Source: Octopus sinensis
Lineage: Eukaryota
Assembly (NCBI RefSeq): GCF_006345805.1
Contig: NC_043002.1
Span: 12,524,001-12,588,000 of the forward strand
Direction of reading: 5' to 3'
DNA: 64,000 bases
This document shows positions 25,821 through 37,699 of this stretch, one piece after another. The position numbers and the translations under genes are program-made. The notes under the pieces are model-generated. The model worked only from the letters and a program-made list of their open reading frames with translations. It did no database searches and had not been told where the DNA came from. Numbering within the stretch: the first letter of the stretch is position 1; each line of letters begins with the position of its first letter.

Positions 25821-26145
25821 GTGTGCATCTGTATGGGGGAATGTCCATGTGTGTGTCCATGCATGTGTGTGAGTGTGTTTGTGTTTGTGTATGTTTTATA
25901 TGAAAGTTATATTTAAAGAAATCTCAAAGAAACCAACTTTACCATTTCTCCGTTCGATATGGATACTATAAGGTAACGTATACACGATATATTTCGACGT
26001 TCCAGCTTCGACACCTGCACTTATTCCTGGCATTGAGCTTATGTAAGATGTCCTTATATCTGCAGTTCTTTACGAACTGATTGTAAAGATGTATAAACTG
26101 TTAAATTTTGGTTGGTTGACAGAAAATAAGGTTGCTCACTAAATA

Positions 26146-26228
<83 letters not shown>

Positions 26229-26630
26229 GTATTAATTAACATCAATTTGCCCAAAATATTAATATACATATATATAGTTTATATCATGTAAAAGAAAATG
26301 AAGATTGAGATGTTAATTGTTTATTATTAACAGCAAATTGGTAATCTTCACTTACAGCCGTTTCAATTAATGCTCAATAAACATGAGATCTACATTAATG
26401 TGGCATGCGCACAATATCATCAGAGGAAAAATGATGTACATGTGGATGTTATATGTGTGCGTATGAATTCACTTTTAATCTCCATTTTCTTTTCTTCTTT
26501 AAAATGAATATAAACTATATATGTGTGTGTAAGCGTGTGTGTACATGCATGTGTGCATGTGTGTTTGTCTATGTATTTATATATGTATGCATATATACAT
26601 GCATACATATATAAATACATAGCTAAATAT

Positions 26631-26972
26631 ATCACGTGACCGAGGAAGCTGATGTTCTTACACGTCGCTGGTCACAAATCACTTTTGCACTGTTTTAGCC
26701 TTCGAATGACGCCACCGCACAAGCGCGGCTGAAGTGTAATGACTGAAACAAATAAAAGATACATATACATATATATATTATTATTACTGCTGCACTCCGT
26801 CGGTCACGAGAACGAGGGTTCTAGTTGATCCGATCACCGGAACAGCCTGTTCATGAAATTAACTTATAAATGGCTGAGCACTCCACAGACATGTGTTCAC
26901 TTAACGTAGTTCTCGGGGAGATTCAGCATGACACAGAGTGTGACAAGGCTGGCCTCTTTGAAATACAGGTAC
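26631..26972 (-). mobile_element. Two adjacent SINE-like fragments (26631-26730 and 26782-26972)
   Basis: The first resembles the tail of 41090-41376. The second is recognised from recall only and has no second copy here. Confidence 0.4.
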
Positions 26973-26974
26973 AA

Positions 26975-27168
26975 CAGAAACAGGAGGAAAGAGTGAGGGA
27001 AAGTTGTGGTGAAAGAGTACAGCAGAGTTCGCCACCACTGCCCCCTGCCGGAGCAACGTGGATCTTTAAATGTTTTCCCTCAATAAACACTCACAACGCC
27101 CAGTCTGGAAATCGAAACTACGATCCTATGACTGAGAGTTCGGTGCGCTAAACACTGGGCCATTGCGC

Positions 27169-27169
<1 letters not shown>
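26975..27169 (-). mobile_element. SINE family D (V-domain-like), 5' part
   Basis: Head GGCGCAATGGCCCAGTG; homologous to 52481-52762. Confidence 0.8.
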
Positions 27170-27220
<51 letters not shown>

Positions 27221-27256
27221 TGCATATATACATACATATATAAATATCTATAGCTA

Positions 27257-27296
<40 letters not shown>

Positions 27297-27303
27297 ATCT
27301 ATC

Positions 27304-27336
<33 letters not shown>

Positions 27337-28087
27337 ATATATATATATATTATACAGAGAGAGAGAGAGAAAGGAGAGAAGAGAGAAGGAGAGAAAGCTG
27401 TTAGATTGTTATCCGTCATGTGACGGGTAACTTCCGATGTATATTTTTGCCACCATGGGCGATATCAGAAAACATGACATACATGCAATTATTATAATTT
27501 GATTTTTATTAAATTTCTTGATGCTTATACAAAACGCTGAAATGATTATTAACTTTCAAAAGAAAAATATTTATTACCTTAAATTTCAATAAAACAAATT
27601 TCTCATTTGTACATTTGCAATAAATGTATGTTACAATTTTTCTAAATTTTATCAGTATAATCGCAGCCTACTCCACTGGAAACCTATCTCTGCCAAAATT
27701 TCATTGAAACAGTATGTATTTTCAGAATGTTATCATTGGCTGGCTCCAAGCCTCGTATGTGTACTCATTCTGCATCTCTTTTAATATTAACCCTTTCTGT
27801 GTCTCCCTTTTATTGTATCTTGCCCCTCCGTATACAACGTAAAGACTGTGTGCTTGTGGGTGTGTGTGTGTATCGTTGCTATTATGGAAAAGTGTCGTAA
27901 GTCCAAAACGTTGCGTTTTTTTTTTTTTTTTTCAGAAAACGAAAAAATAGTCTCATCATTGCATTGCAAACCCGTTGAACTACACTTTGACAATTTCTGA
28001 TATCTTGGCATCTGAAGCAGCTGGAGATATCGTAGTTTGACCAAAAGAACCAACTATTGCAAGCAAAAATAAACGTTGAAAATAAAA

Positions 28088-28392
28088 ACGGAGATGTACT
28101 CGCATAGCAAGGGATTTGATCTGAGATCGTGTGCTGAAACGAAAATAATTGCAGCGTGGAAGATGTTTGTAAGCCATTTAAGAAACACACAAAAGCCGTT
28201 CGATTCACTTCAACATTTAAGTTTAATTTGTCAAAACATTTTCGTCGCTTTAAGACCGCGAGCACGGATTTTTGTCAGTGAACAGGTCTTAAAGCGACGA
28301 AAATATTTTGACAAATTAAACTTAAATGTTGAAGTGACTCGAACGGCTTTTGTGTGTTTCTTAAATGGCTTACAAACACCTTACACGCAGCA
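28088..28392 (+). mobile_element. Fold-back HHR element, G3-C8 family, copy 2
   Basis: Inverted arms ~28150-28258 and ~28285-28392; same ACGGAGATGTACT start as 13788. Confidence 0.75.
28271..28315 (+). ncRNA. Type I hammerhead ribozyme, G3-C8 core variant, shortened stem II
   Basis: TTTGTCA-GTGAACA-G-GTC ttaaagc GAC-GAAA-ATAT-TT-TGACAAA. Confidence 0.7.
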
Positions 28393-28476
28393 ACCCCCCC
28401 CCCCACACACACACATTTGGTCAAATTTCGTCTTACGACAGTTTAACGTAATAGCAACGATATATAAATATATATA

Positions 28477-28862
28477 CAGGGTGCGAGGGGTATTTGAGGA
28501 CATTTAGTTTTTAGTTCATTACGCCTTCAAATTATCTAATGCATTATTATTTTGTTTTTCAGATAACCCTTTCAAAATATCATGCTACCTCAAGAAATGA
28601 AAAGACATGCGGTGATTTAGAAATTAGCAACTTTCTAAATGTTGCAAGATTATTCGTACACAAAGTTCGGTTGGAATTGGTGGCATGTGATGGTAATGTT
28701 TCACCTGTATCAAAGAGAAAAAGTCATTCACAACACTCAGACAATAAAAGAACACCGGAATTTATAAATGATCTAAACATTATCGATGAAAACTCCAGAA
28801 AATATATGAGGTCCATGGCTGAAGAACTTCGGGTGGTACATCGTGTTATTCGATACAAGTCC
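28477..28862 (+). mobile_element. maT-like (Tc1/mariner superfamily) left-end fragment
   Basis: TA|CAGGGTGCG terminus; N-terminal transposase remnant LEISNFLNVA..KRKSHSQHSDNKRTPEF..IIDEN.RK.MRSMAEEL. Confidence 0.65.
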
Positions 28863-29061
28863 TTTTTTTTTTTTTTGTCGAGCTGTTACGTTTCGGGGGC
28901 CTAAACACAACAACATCGGTGTGACAAGCGATGGCGGGGGCGGACAAAAACAGACACACAAACATATGTGTGTGTGTGTGTGTGTGTGTAATTATTGTTC
29001 TTTCTTACGAAATATATGGAACTGCTAAAAAGAGGAGCTCGGTTCGAACCCGAGACAAAAG

Positions 29062-29972
29062 ATACGAATTAAGATATAAACTCAAATTAGGTAATCATAC
29101 TCATAGATTTATAAATTCGACTTAAAATGCGTATACATATATTAATACATATCGGCAAATATGAATACTCTTAAAAATATTTGTAAAATACAAATATATA
29201 TACATGAATATACATAAAAATGCATGAAAATAAAATCCATGTGGGATATGTAAGAAAGAAAGTAGGAAATAAAAGAAGCCTGAATTTCTTTCTTTTTTAC
29301 TGAAATTAAGAGCGGTTCTGAGTTTCGATTAAAAGATCCATAGAGTTCGGTGTGTTTTTAAGAAAAACATAAATGGTGTCTAATGTATATAATAGAGTTC
29401 GAGATATATTATCTACCTTATATAGCAAATAAATTTTTAAAAACACACCAAACTCTAAGGATCTTCTAATCGAAACTCTTAACCGCTCTTAACCTTAGTA
29501 CAAAACAAAAAAAATAAACATTCCAGCCCTTTTTTTATCAGTCCTCTTTTTCGCCTACTTCCTTCCATAAATATCCCACATATCTTTTATTTACATATAA
29601 TTCTAGGTATATTTATATGTATATTTATATTTTACAGATATTTTTAAAAGTATTCATGTGTATCGATATGAATACGCAAAAAGGCTGCGAGCTGGGAGAA
29701 ACGTTAGCACGCCGCTTAGCATGCTTAGCGGTGTTTCGTCTGCCGTTACATTCTGAGTTCAAATTCAGACCGAGGTCGATTTTGCCTTTCATCCTTCCGG
29801 GGTCGATGAAATAAGTAGCAGTTACGCACTGGGGTCGATGTTATCGTCTTAATGTCCTTTTTTGTCCCCTCTATGTTTAGCCCCCTGTGGGCAATAAAGA
29901 TATAAATATATGTATACGCATTTTAAGTCGATTTCATAAATGTATGAGACGAGTTTATATCTTAATTCGTAT
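29062..29972. mobile_element. Large fold-back element with ~300 bp arms; right arm interrupted by a SINE
   Basis: 29062-29361 is inverted at 29437-29682 plus 29902-29972; 75 bp spacer. Confidence 0.75.
29683..29901 (+). mobile_element. SINE family C
   Basis: Head and central motif match the other copies. Confidence 0.85.
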
Positions 29973-29977
29973 ATATG

Positions 29978-30019
<42 letters not shown>

Positions 30020-30030
30020 GATAATCGTTG

Positions 30031-30274
30031 CCCTTTTCAAGCCTAGCCAGACTCATGGGCCCGGTTTCTGTGGCGTATGTGTCCCCCCAGCTGGACAGGA
30101 CGCCAGTCCATCGCAGCGTTATTCCAGAAACAGGAATTGAGAGTGAGAGAAAGTTGTGGCGAAAGAGTACATTAGGGGTCCCTCCACCACCCTGCCGGAG
30201 CTTCGTGGAGCTTTTAGGTGTTTTCGCTTAATAAACACACACAACGCCCGGTCTGGGAATCGAAACCGCGATCC
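30031..30274 (-). mobile_element. SINE family D (V-domain-like)
   Basis: Minus strand GCGATGGACTGGCGTCCTGTCCAG resembles the V-SINE central domain. Confidence 0.8.
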
Positions 30275-30568
30275 ACCACCAAATACAGCAACCATTACTA
30301 CCACCGCTAACAACAACAACACTAGCAGTACTAACACCATTACTACTAACACTACTACCACTAAACCAAAATTATAGATATTTTGCCATACAACATCTAC
30401 AACTACCACCCATACTAACATCATTACAACCCTACTCTCCTCCCACAAACCACCAATGATACAATATCTACCATGATCACACCTACACTACAATGACCGA
30501 AGATACTATAGCCACACCAATACTATCACCTGCCCCCTAAAACCACTTCTGACACCATTACTATGTGT

Positions 30569-31462
30569 AGCACAGGAGTGGTTGGGTGGTTAAGAAGTTT
30601 GCTTCCCAACCACATGGTTTCGGGTTCGGTTCCACTCCGTAACACCTTGGGAAAGTATCTTCTACAAGAGCACTGGGTTGAGAAAAAAACCTTATGAGTG
30701 GATCCGGTGGGTGGAAACTAAGTAGAAGCCCATAGTGTATATGTGCGCGCGTGTGTGTAAGTATATATATGTATACGTGTATATATATATATATAATATA
30801 TATATATATATATTTATATATGCATATATATGTAACTGTATATGCGGCTAGCTGGCAGAAACGTTAGCACGCCAGGCAAAATGCGTAGCGCCGTATTTCG
30901 TCTGTCGTTACGTTCCGAGTTCCAATTCCGCCGAGGTCGACTTTGCCTTTCATCCTTTCGGGGTCGATAAATTAAGTACCAGTTACGCACTGAGGTTGAT
31001 GTAATCGACTTAATCCGTTTGTCTGTCCTTGTTTGTCCCTTCTGTGTTTAGCCCCCTGTGGGTAGTAAAGAAATAGGTATTTCGTCTGCCGTTACGTTCT
31101 GAGTTCAAATTCCGCCGAGATCGACTTTGCCTTTCATCCTTTCGGGGTCGATAAATTAAGTACCAGTTACGCACTGGGGTCGATTTAATCGACTTAATCC
31201 GTTTGTCTGTCCTTGTTTGTCCCCTCTGTGTTTAGCCCCTTGTAAGTAGCAAAGAAATGTATATGTGTGACTTAGAATTTTGACCGTTTGACAACCGGGG
31301 TTGGTGTGTTTACGTCCCCAAACAGCGGTTCGACATTAAGAGACCGATAGAATAAGTACCATACTTATAAACAAATGCGTATTGGAGTCGATTTGTTCGC
31401 CTAAACCTTTCAACGTAGTGCTCCAGCTTGTCCCGGGACTAAAACAAGTAGCACATATAAGA
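30569..31462 (+). mobile_element. Old SINE family A copy split by a nested SINE C dimer
   Basis: Head 30569-30737, microsatellite, insert 30844-31258, tail 31284-31462. Confidence 0.7.
30844..31258 (+). mobile_element. SINE family C, dimeric, young
   Basis: Two near-identical ~170 bp units. Confidence 0.9.
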
Positions 31463-32018
31463 CGCAACCACCACATTACAATATTTTATAATCACCACTA
31501 CCACTGCAACCAACACTACTACAATCACAATACTACCACTGTAACTACTGCACCACTATCATCACACTACTACCATATCATCACTAGTTTCAAAATCATA
31601 TCACCACCATACAACTACAACCACACCACATGTACAAGTACCAGCATTATGGTCATACTACCACCACACTACAACCACTGTACGACTTACACCATTAATG
31701 CAACCACCACTATCACTACAACCAACACTGTCACTACTACAAGCAAACTACTGCAACAGTCACCATCACGGCTAACGCCACCACCATGACAACCACCACC
31801 ACTACAAGCATCGGCACAACTACAACCACCACCACTATCACTACAACTAATATTGTCACCACTACAAGTAACAATACTACAACAACCACCACCGTAGCAA
31901 ACACCACCACAATCACCACCATCACTATATTTACGAACGTCACCACCGCAACTGCTAACACTACAACCATAGCCACAACTACAATGACCACTGAAAACCA
32001 TGTCACTAGAATCATCTT

Positions 32019-32069
<51 letters not shown>

Positions 32070-32096
32070 AGCTGGTGCTGCTGCTACAACTACTTT

Positions 32097-32142
<46 letters not shown>

Positions 32143-32470
32143 GATGATGATGATGATGATGATACTTCCACATTACTACTACTACAACCATCACCACAAC
32201 GACAACCATCACCACCACAAATCGCCACCATCACCAATCGCCACCCCCCAGTCGCCACCACCACCAATCGCCACCACCACCCCCAGTCGCCACCACCAGC
32301 AATCGTCACCACCACCACCATCATCACCACCACCAATCGCCACCACCATCTCTAACACCAATGCCACCACCACCACCACCACCATCATTAATCACCCCCA
32401 ACCGCCAATCGCCACCACCATCACCAACACCAATCGCCCCCTCCCCACTACTACCACCGCCATCACTCCA
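31463..32470. repeat. (CAC)/(TAC)/(GAT) low-complexity tract
   Basis: Direct inspection; source of the poly-T/V/H ORFs. Confidence 0.9.
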
Positions 32471-33202
32471 ATATGTTTTAATTAACAAGAAATGATAATT
32501 CAGATGATAAGGGTCAAATACCACCCCTTAATCAAGTCATTAATTTGGAAAACTTGACTCCAGCAGTCTAGTGGAGTTGCTATCTATCCGCACACGTATA
32601 CACAAAGCTCCACCCGTAATGAAGGACCTCTAATCCACCCCTATTACTCACTTAACAATACAGTATGCTCGAAATAGTAGCAGTTGTGGCTTAGGCGTCT
32701 CGATTGCTGAGACCACGCTGGTAATCTCTCTATCCGATCTCACAGTCGTCGGGTATACTAAGCGGGTGGATTAGAATAGGGGTGGAGCAGAGCACGGGGG
32801 GAAAGGGAGGAGAAAGGAGGGTTTGGAAGGAGAGGAGAACGGTTTGGTGCGGAGTGATAAGGATTCGACGAGAGAGAGAGAAAGAGAGGAGGGGGAAGTG
32901 AGGCTGTTACAATCTTTTATTCTCTGGAGACAATATCTACATGAAACCAACGGCTGAATATGATGCTAGAAATAGTAGCCAAATCTACGTCAAACCACTC
33001 TGTAACTTCTTAGAACGGGAGACAGGTAATAATCTACATTTAGAGATCCGTTTCCATCATCAATTCTACCTCCACAAGTCAAAACTTTTATCAGTTTTAA
33101 AACCACAGCTAAACATTGAGGATTATAAAATTACATTTCTAAATCATAAAATTCGTACAAACGAATTATTCTAGAACATAAAATTTTCTGTAATACATAC
33201 AA

Positions 33203-33273
<71 letters not shown>

Positions 33274-33280
33274 GGCATAT

Positions 33281-33443
33281 AGGCGCAGGAGTGGTTGTGT
33301 GGTAAGTAGCTTGCTAACCAGCCACATGGTTCCGGGTTCAGTCCCACTGCGTGGCATCTTGGGCAAGTGTCTTCTGCTATAGCCCCGGGCCGACCAATGC
33401 CTTGTGAGTGGATTTGGTAGACGGAAACTGAAGGAAGCCTGTC

Positions 33444-33495
<52 letters not shown>

Positions 33496-33710
33496 TTGTG
33501 TGTCTGTGTTTGTCCCCCTAGCATTGCTTGACAACCGATGCTAGTGTGTTTACGTCCCCGTCACTTAGCGGTTCGGCAAAAGAGACCGATAGAATATGTA
33601 CTGGGCTTACAAAGAATAAGTCCCGGGGTCGATTTGCTCGACTAAAGGCGGTGCTCCAGCATGGCCGCAGTCAAATGACTGAAACAAGTAAAAGAGTAAA
33701 GAGTAAGAGT
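33281..33710 (+). mobile_element. SINE family A, full length
   Basis: AGGCGCAGGAGTGG head to (AAAGAGT)n tail. Confidence 0.92.
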
Positions 33711-33744
33711 ATATATGTATAGAAATTAAATATAAAATATAAAT

Positions 33745-34210
33745 TACAAAGTGGGACAAGAACGCAAAAACACACAAAGAGACGACACAGAAAAAAAAGA
33801 CGGGTCACTCGAAGCCTCTAATCTTCAGTCGGAACCGGATCATCTTAGCAATTTCGGCTGTTTAATCTTGATATCACTCCGAACCGGCCAGCCCCAAGGA
33901 AAAACTAAGCCACTGGCATTAGATTTCTTGGAAAGAGGATCGAATTTATACGAAACAAAGACAGGATGCCACACGAATATAAATACAAGAAACAAAAAAT
34001 AGAAATCAAAAACAGTATATATATATATATATATATATGAAACGCGGAGTAGATGACACAGGGACAACTGATGAAGGGGAATATTCCTTGTGTTGTATGT
34101 CTCGTTTCTCTGTTTTCTTCGTTGTTTGAAAAAAAAAGTTCGTTTCTATATTTTTGTTTTTATGTTTTTGTTTCTCATTGTGTTCAACCTTTTTTGATGT
34201 CCTATACCCA
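33745..34210. mobile_element. Two divergent T-rich Penelope-like fragments (33745-34010 -, 34039-34210 +)
   Basis: Homology to 5600-5910 and to 23865-23906/24146-24190; CTGANGA and GAAA remnants. Confidence 0.4.
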
Positions 34211-34279
34211 TATATGCATGTATATATACAGATATGGGTAGGTATGTACATATATGTATGTATTTATGTATGTCTGTAT

Positions 34280-34723
34280 GTATTCTTTTATTCTTTTACT
34301 GTTTCGTTTGGCTTTGCTGGAGCACCGCCTTTTAGTCGAAGAAATCGGACCCCAAGACTTATTCTTTGTAATCCTAGCACTTATTTTATCAGACTCTTTC
34401 GCCGATCCGCTAGAATACGGGACGTAGACACACCGGCATCGGTTGTCAAGCGATATTGGGGGGGGGGGGCAAACACACACACACACATGAATATATATAT
34501 ATATTTATATATATTCATGTGTGTGTGTTTGCCCCTCCCCCCAATATCGCTTGACAACCGATGCCGGTGTGTCTACGTCCCGTATTCTAGCGGATCGGCG
34601 AAAGAGTCTGATAAAATAAGTGCTGGGGGGGGGGCAAACACACACACACATGGATATATATATATATTATTCATGTGTGTGTGTGTTTGCCCCCCCCCCA
34701 ATATCGCTTGACAACCGATGCCG

Positions 34724-34727
<4 letters not shown>
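34280..34727. repeat. SINE A tail with near-perfect fold-back inverted duplication and a further re-duplication
   Basis: 34376-34624 is a ~249 bp palindrome centred on an AT run; 34625-34727 repeats the centre again. Confidence 0.9.
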
Positions 34728-34778
<51 letters not shown>

Positions 34779-34921
34779 TGTATGCTGAAGGATTGCCTTG
34801 GCCTGCTTGCCTTCGGACGGTTGATCTCTGTAGTTAGTGTCAGTGCATTTTGGTGATTTAAATAAGAGTTTTGACTGTTATTTCCAGCAGGTAGACATAC
34901 TTAGTATGTCCTGTAGTTAAT

Positions 34922-34970
<49 letters not shown>

Positions 34971-35513
34971 ATGTGTGTGTGTAAAATTCGTTTTCAACAA
35001 TACAGCTCGAAGTAGATAAAGCTATACCATGTAAACATGGAGTCAAAACTCTTTCTGGATAGAAGATTGCCCGTGAGACAGTGGGACTCGAGCATACTGT
35101 TTCTGTAAACATGGCAAACTTTCGACCTGTAAACTAAAGTAATCTTCCGAAATTGTCTGCCCATTTTAGAAGCTTTATTCTTACTAGCGAGAATTAAATG
35201 TTGTTTACGCCATAAGAATTTAGAAACTTCTAGCGACATAAAAAAATTGTTGCGACAGGACACCAGACGTTTTGAAAAAATAATGTTTGGCATACTCACA
35301 GCACACGAAGCTAATAGTAGCACATAAAAATATATATTGTGTTTATTAAATAATATATATTTTGTTGTGTCTGGGGTGAGTCATACTGCCGTAATATCTA
35401 ACACACGCACCAGTTCAATTTTCAATCACTTATTATTCATATTCTTTCCTTTCCACAATTTTCGTTGCTTTTGCAATCTTGCCAATGGATGTGTATATAT
35501 ATATCTATCTATC

Positions 35514-35544
<31 letters not shown>

Positions 35545-35721
35545 GTATATGTATATGTATATATATACACACACACACAAGTGTTGCCCGGGTGTTATGT
35601 CCTACCGCCACATTGTATTATTTGTTCTTTTCTTATGGGCAGAATCGGCACTGGAGGAGTATGAAGCAAACAACACTTCTTTATAAACATGATTTTCGGC
35701 CATTTTCTGATGAACAATGCT

Positions 35722-35870
35722 GCAGTTTCCGTCTACTAAATTCAGTCACAAGTCTGTGGTTGGCCTAGGGCTATAATAGAAAAGACTTGCCCAAGGTACC
35801 ATGCAGAGGGACTGAACGTGGAACCATGTGGTTAGAAAGCAAAGTTCTCAACGACAGTCATTTTTGCACC
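35722..35870 (-). mobile_element. SINE family A head, diverged
   Basis: Match to the head module. Confidence 0.7.
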
Positions 35871-36276
35871 TAATACGTGTGTGTGCGTGTGCGTGTGTGT
35901 GTGTCTACCTTTGCTGTTAAATCGAGTGTTGTGCCCCACTATGTCTCAAAGTTCATTAAGCAGATATCTATAAAATAAATGCAAGATTGAAATACGTACT
36001 GAGGTCAGTATAATCAATTAAATTTTTGAAGGTAATACCGTATTATGGCGACAGTCGAAATACTAAACCCAGTAAAATAATGTTTAAAAACTTAATGGCT
36101 TCAGATTACTAACCACAAGAAAATGAGTTCAAAACATCGTATTAAACTTCCACTCAATACGATAACACTATATGAACATCTTAGTCCGGTTGACTTCCAT
36201 TAATTAACAAATGTAATTTGAAGTTCAGTGGTTAGAAGTAAGAAAGATGTCCAGAATTCTTAAAAGATTATTCGGT

Positions 36277-36307
<31 letters not shown>

Positions 36308-36880
36308 ACACACACACACACAAACAGGTGTCTCTGTGGTAACTTGAGCTAATACAAATAAGAGTCAAAATCTCTCTTAAAATACACCCTTTCATCAAAA
36401 GAAAGGCAGATTTACAGTATTTCAGGAAGAAAATAATTTACAAAGTATGCGATTGGTCTAAAAAAAAGCATTCTACGCCAGAGGCAATTCTGGGCTAAAC
36501 AAAACACAGACAACCATACTTCACATCAAAGGATTATCTACTAATTTATACTAATAAACTTGATACGGTGTATCTTTGAAGATCATTCGCTGGTAAATCT
36601 CCATGCATTTTAAACCTTTCGCTATTATGCTCTACGTAATATATAAAAGTTGCTCAAGCAGTGTTGCCTCCCTTAGCTAAAAACCTCAAACTTGTGCGAC
36701 CCGATGTCATTTTCGAGCTTATTTCTGTAGTAAAAAAAGGTTTTTATGCAAAAGACATTTTATTTGGTAGCGTATAGATTACTGAATCCTTTGATACCTC
36801 ATACGTCAAAATCGGCAACTCAGTTTTCGAATCCATAAGGGACAGACGCCCGCACGCACGCACACACATACATACATACA

Positions 36881-36939
<59 letters not shown>

Positions 36940-36942
36940 ATA

Positions 36943-37175
36943 ATAAATATTAGGGAATAAATCCAAATTTACAGGGAAAAAATCAGATTTAGGATTAAAT
37001 CCAATTTTATAGTAAAATATTATATAATATTAATTAGAGACAAAACCACTATTTTGCAATACAAACAAGGAAAGACTTAATCAATACATAAAATTTTAAT
37101 AAAAAGTAAAAAAACCGCCACTACAATTGTTTCATGTCTATTGACAATCTTCAGGTGGATTTCCGATTTTCAAAT
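36943..37175 (-). mobile_element. Non-autonomous HHR element (same tail as 5972 and 22400)
   Basis: 36943-37113 is near-identical to 5972-6135; HHR directly upstream on the minus strand. Confidence 0.75.
37118..37158 (-). ncRNA. Minimal type I hammerhead ribozyme
   Basis: CCAC-CTGAAGA-TTGTC AATA GACAT-GAAA-C AATT G-TA-GTGG; core intact, U.U mismatch at 10.1/11.1. Confidence 0.75.
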
Positions 37176-37198
37176 CAGTTTCAATTTATATATATGTA

Positions 37199-37685
37199 CA
37201 GGGTGCGGCGAATAAATTGCCGTCTAAATTACGCAATAATGAAAATAACACTGACATCTCATCTTAACAGATATATTTACCAAAATTATATAAAGATATC
37301 TTGAAATACTAAAGAGTAAATTTATTCAATAAAATCCCCATTGGCTTGAACCACGGCCTCCAGACGACTTCGGAATCTCCTGCAACTCTTCTGGACAGTC
37401 TCCTTGTTTAAGTTGGTAAAGGCTGCCATAATCCATACCTTCAGTTCATCTTTGGTGTTACAAGGAGCTTTGTTGGCCTTTCACTCAACTGTGCTCCACC
37501 CATAATAATAAAGGGGGTTGCAGTCTGGGGAGTTAGGTGGTCAGGTGTAAGTGGTAGTGTGGTCGCAGAAATTGTTTGATAGCCATGACTGGGTTCTCCT
37601 GTTTGTGTGGAATGGTGCAGAGTCCTACTGGCAGCCATAGGGTCTTGCAGCAGCCACTCTCTTCACCCAGGGCAGCACTACCTCC
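37199..37685 (-). mobile_element. maT (DD37D) transposon 3' fragment
   Basis: DSAPFHTNRRTQSWLSNNFCD...PPNSPDCNPL; terminus TA|CAGGGTGCGGCGAATAAATTG; same family as 57930-58623. Confidence 0.85.
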
Positions 37686-37699
37686 TTCTTTTCTCAATT

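Noticed and set aside
36700-36860. AAAATCGG...GACAGAC segment resembling a Helitron interior
   Set aside because: No TC or CTAG termini and no hairpin identified.
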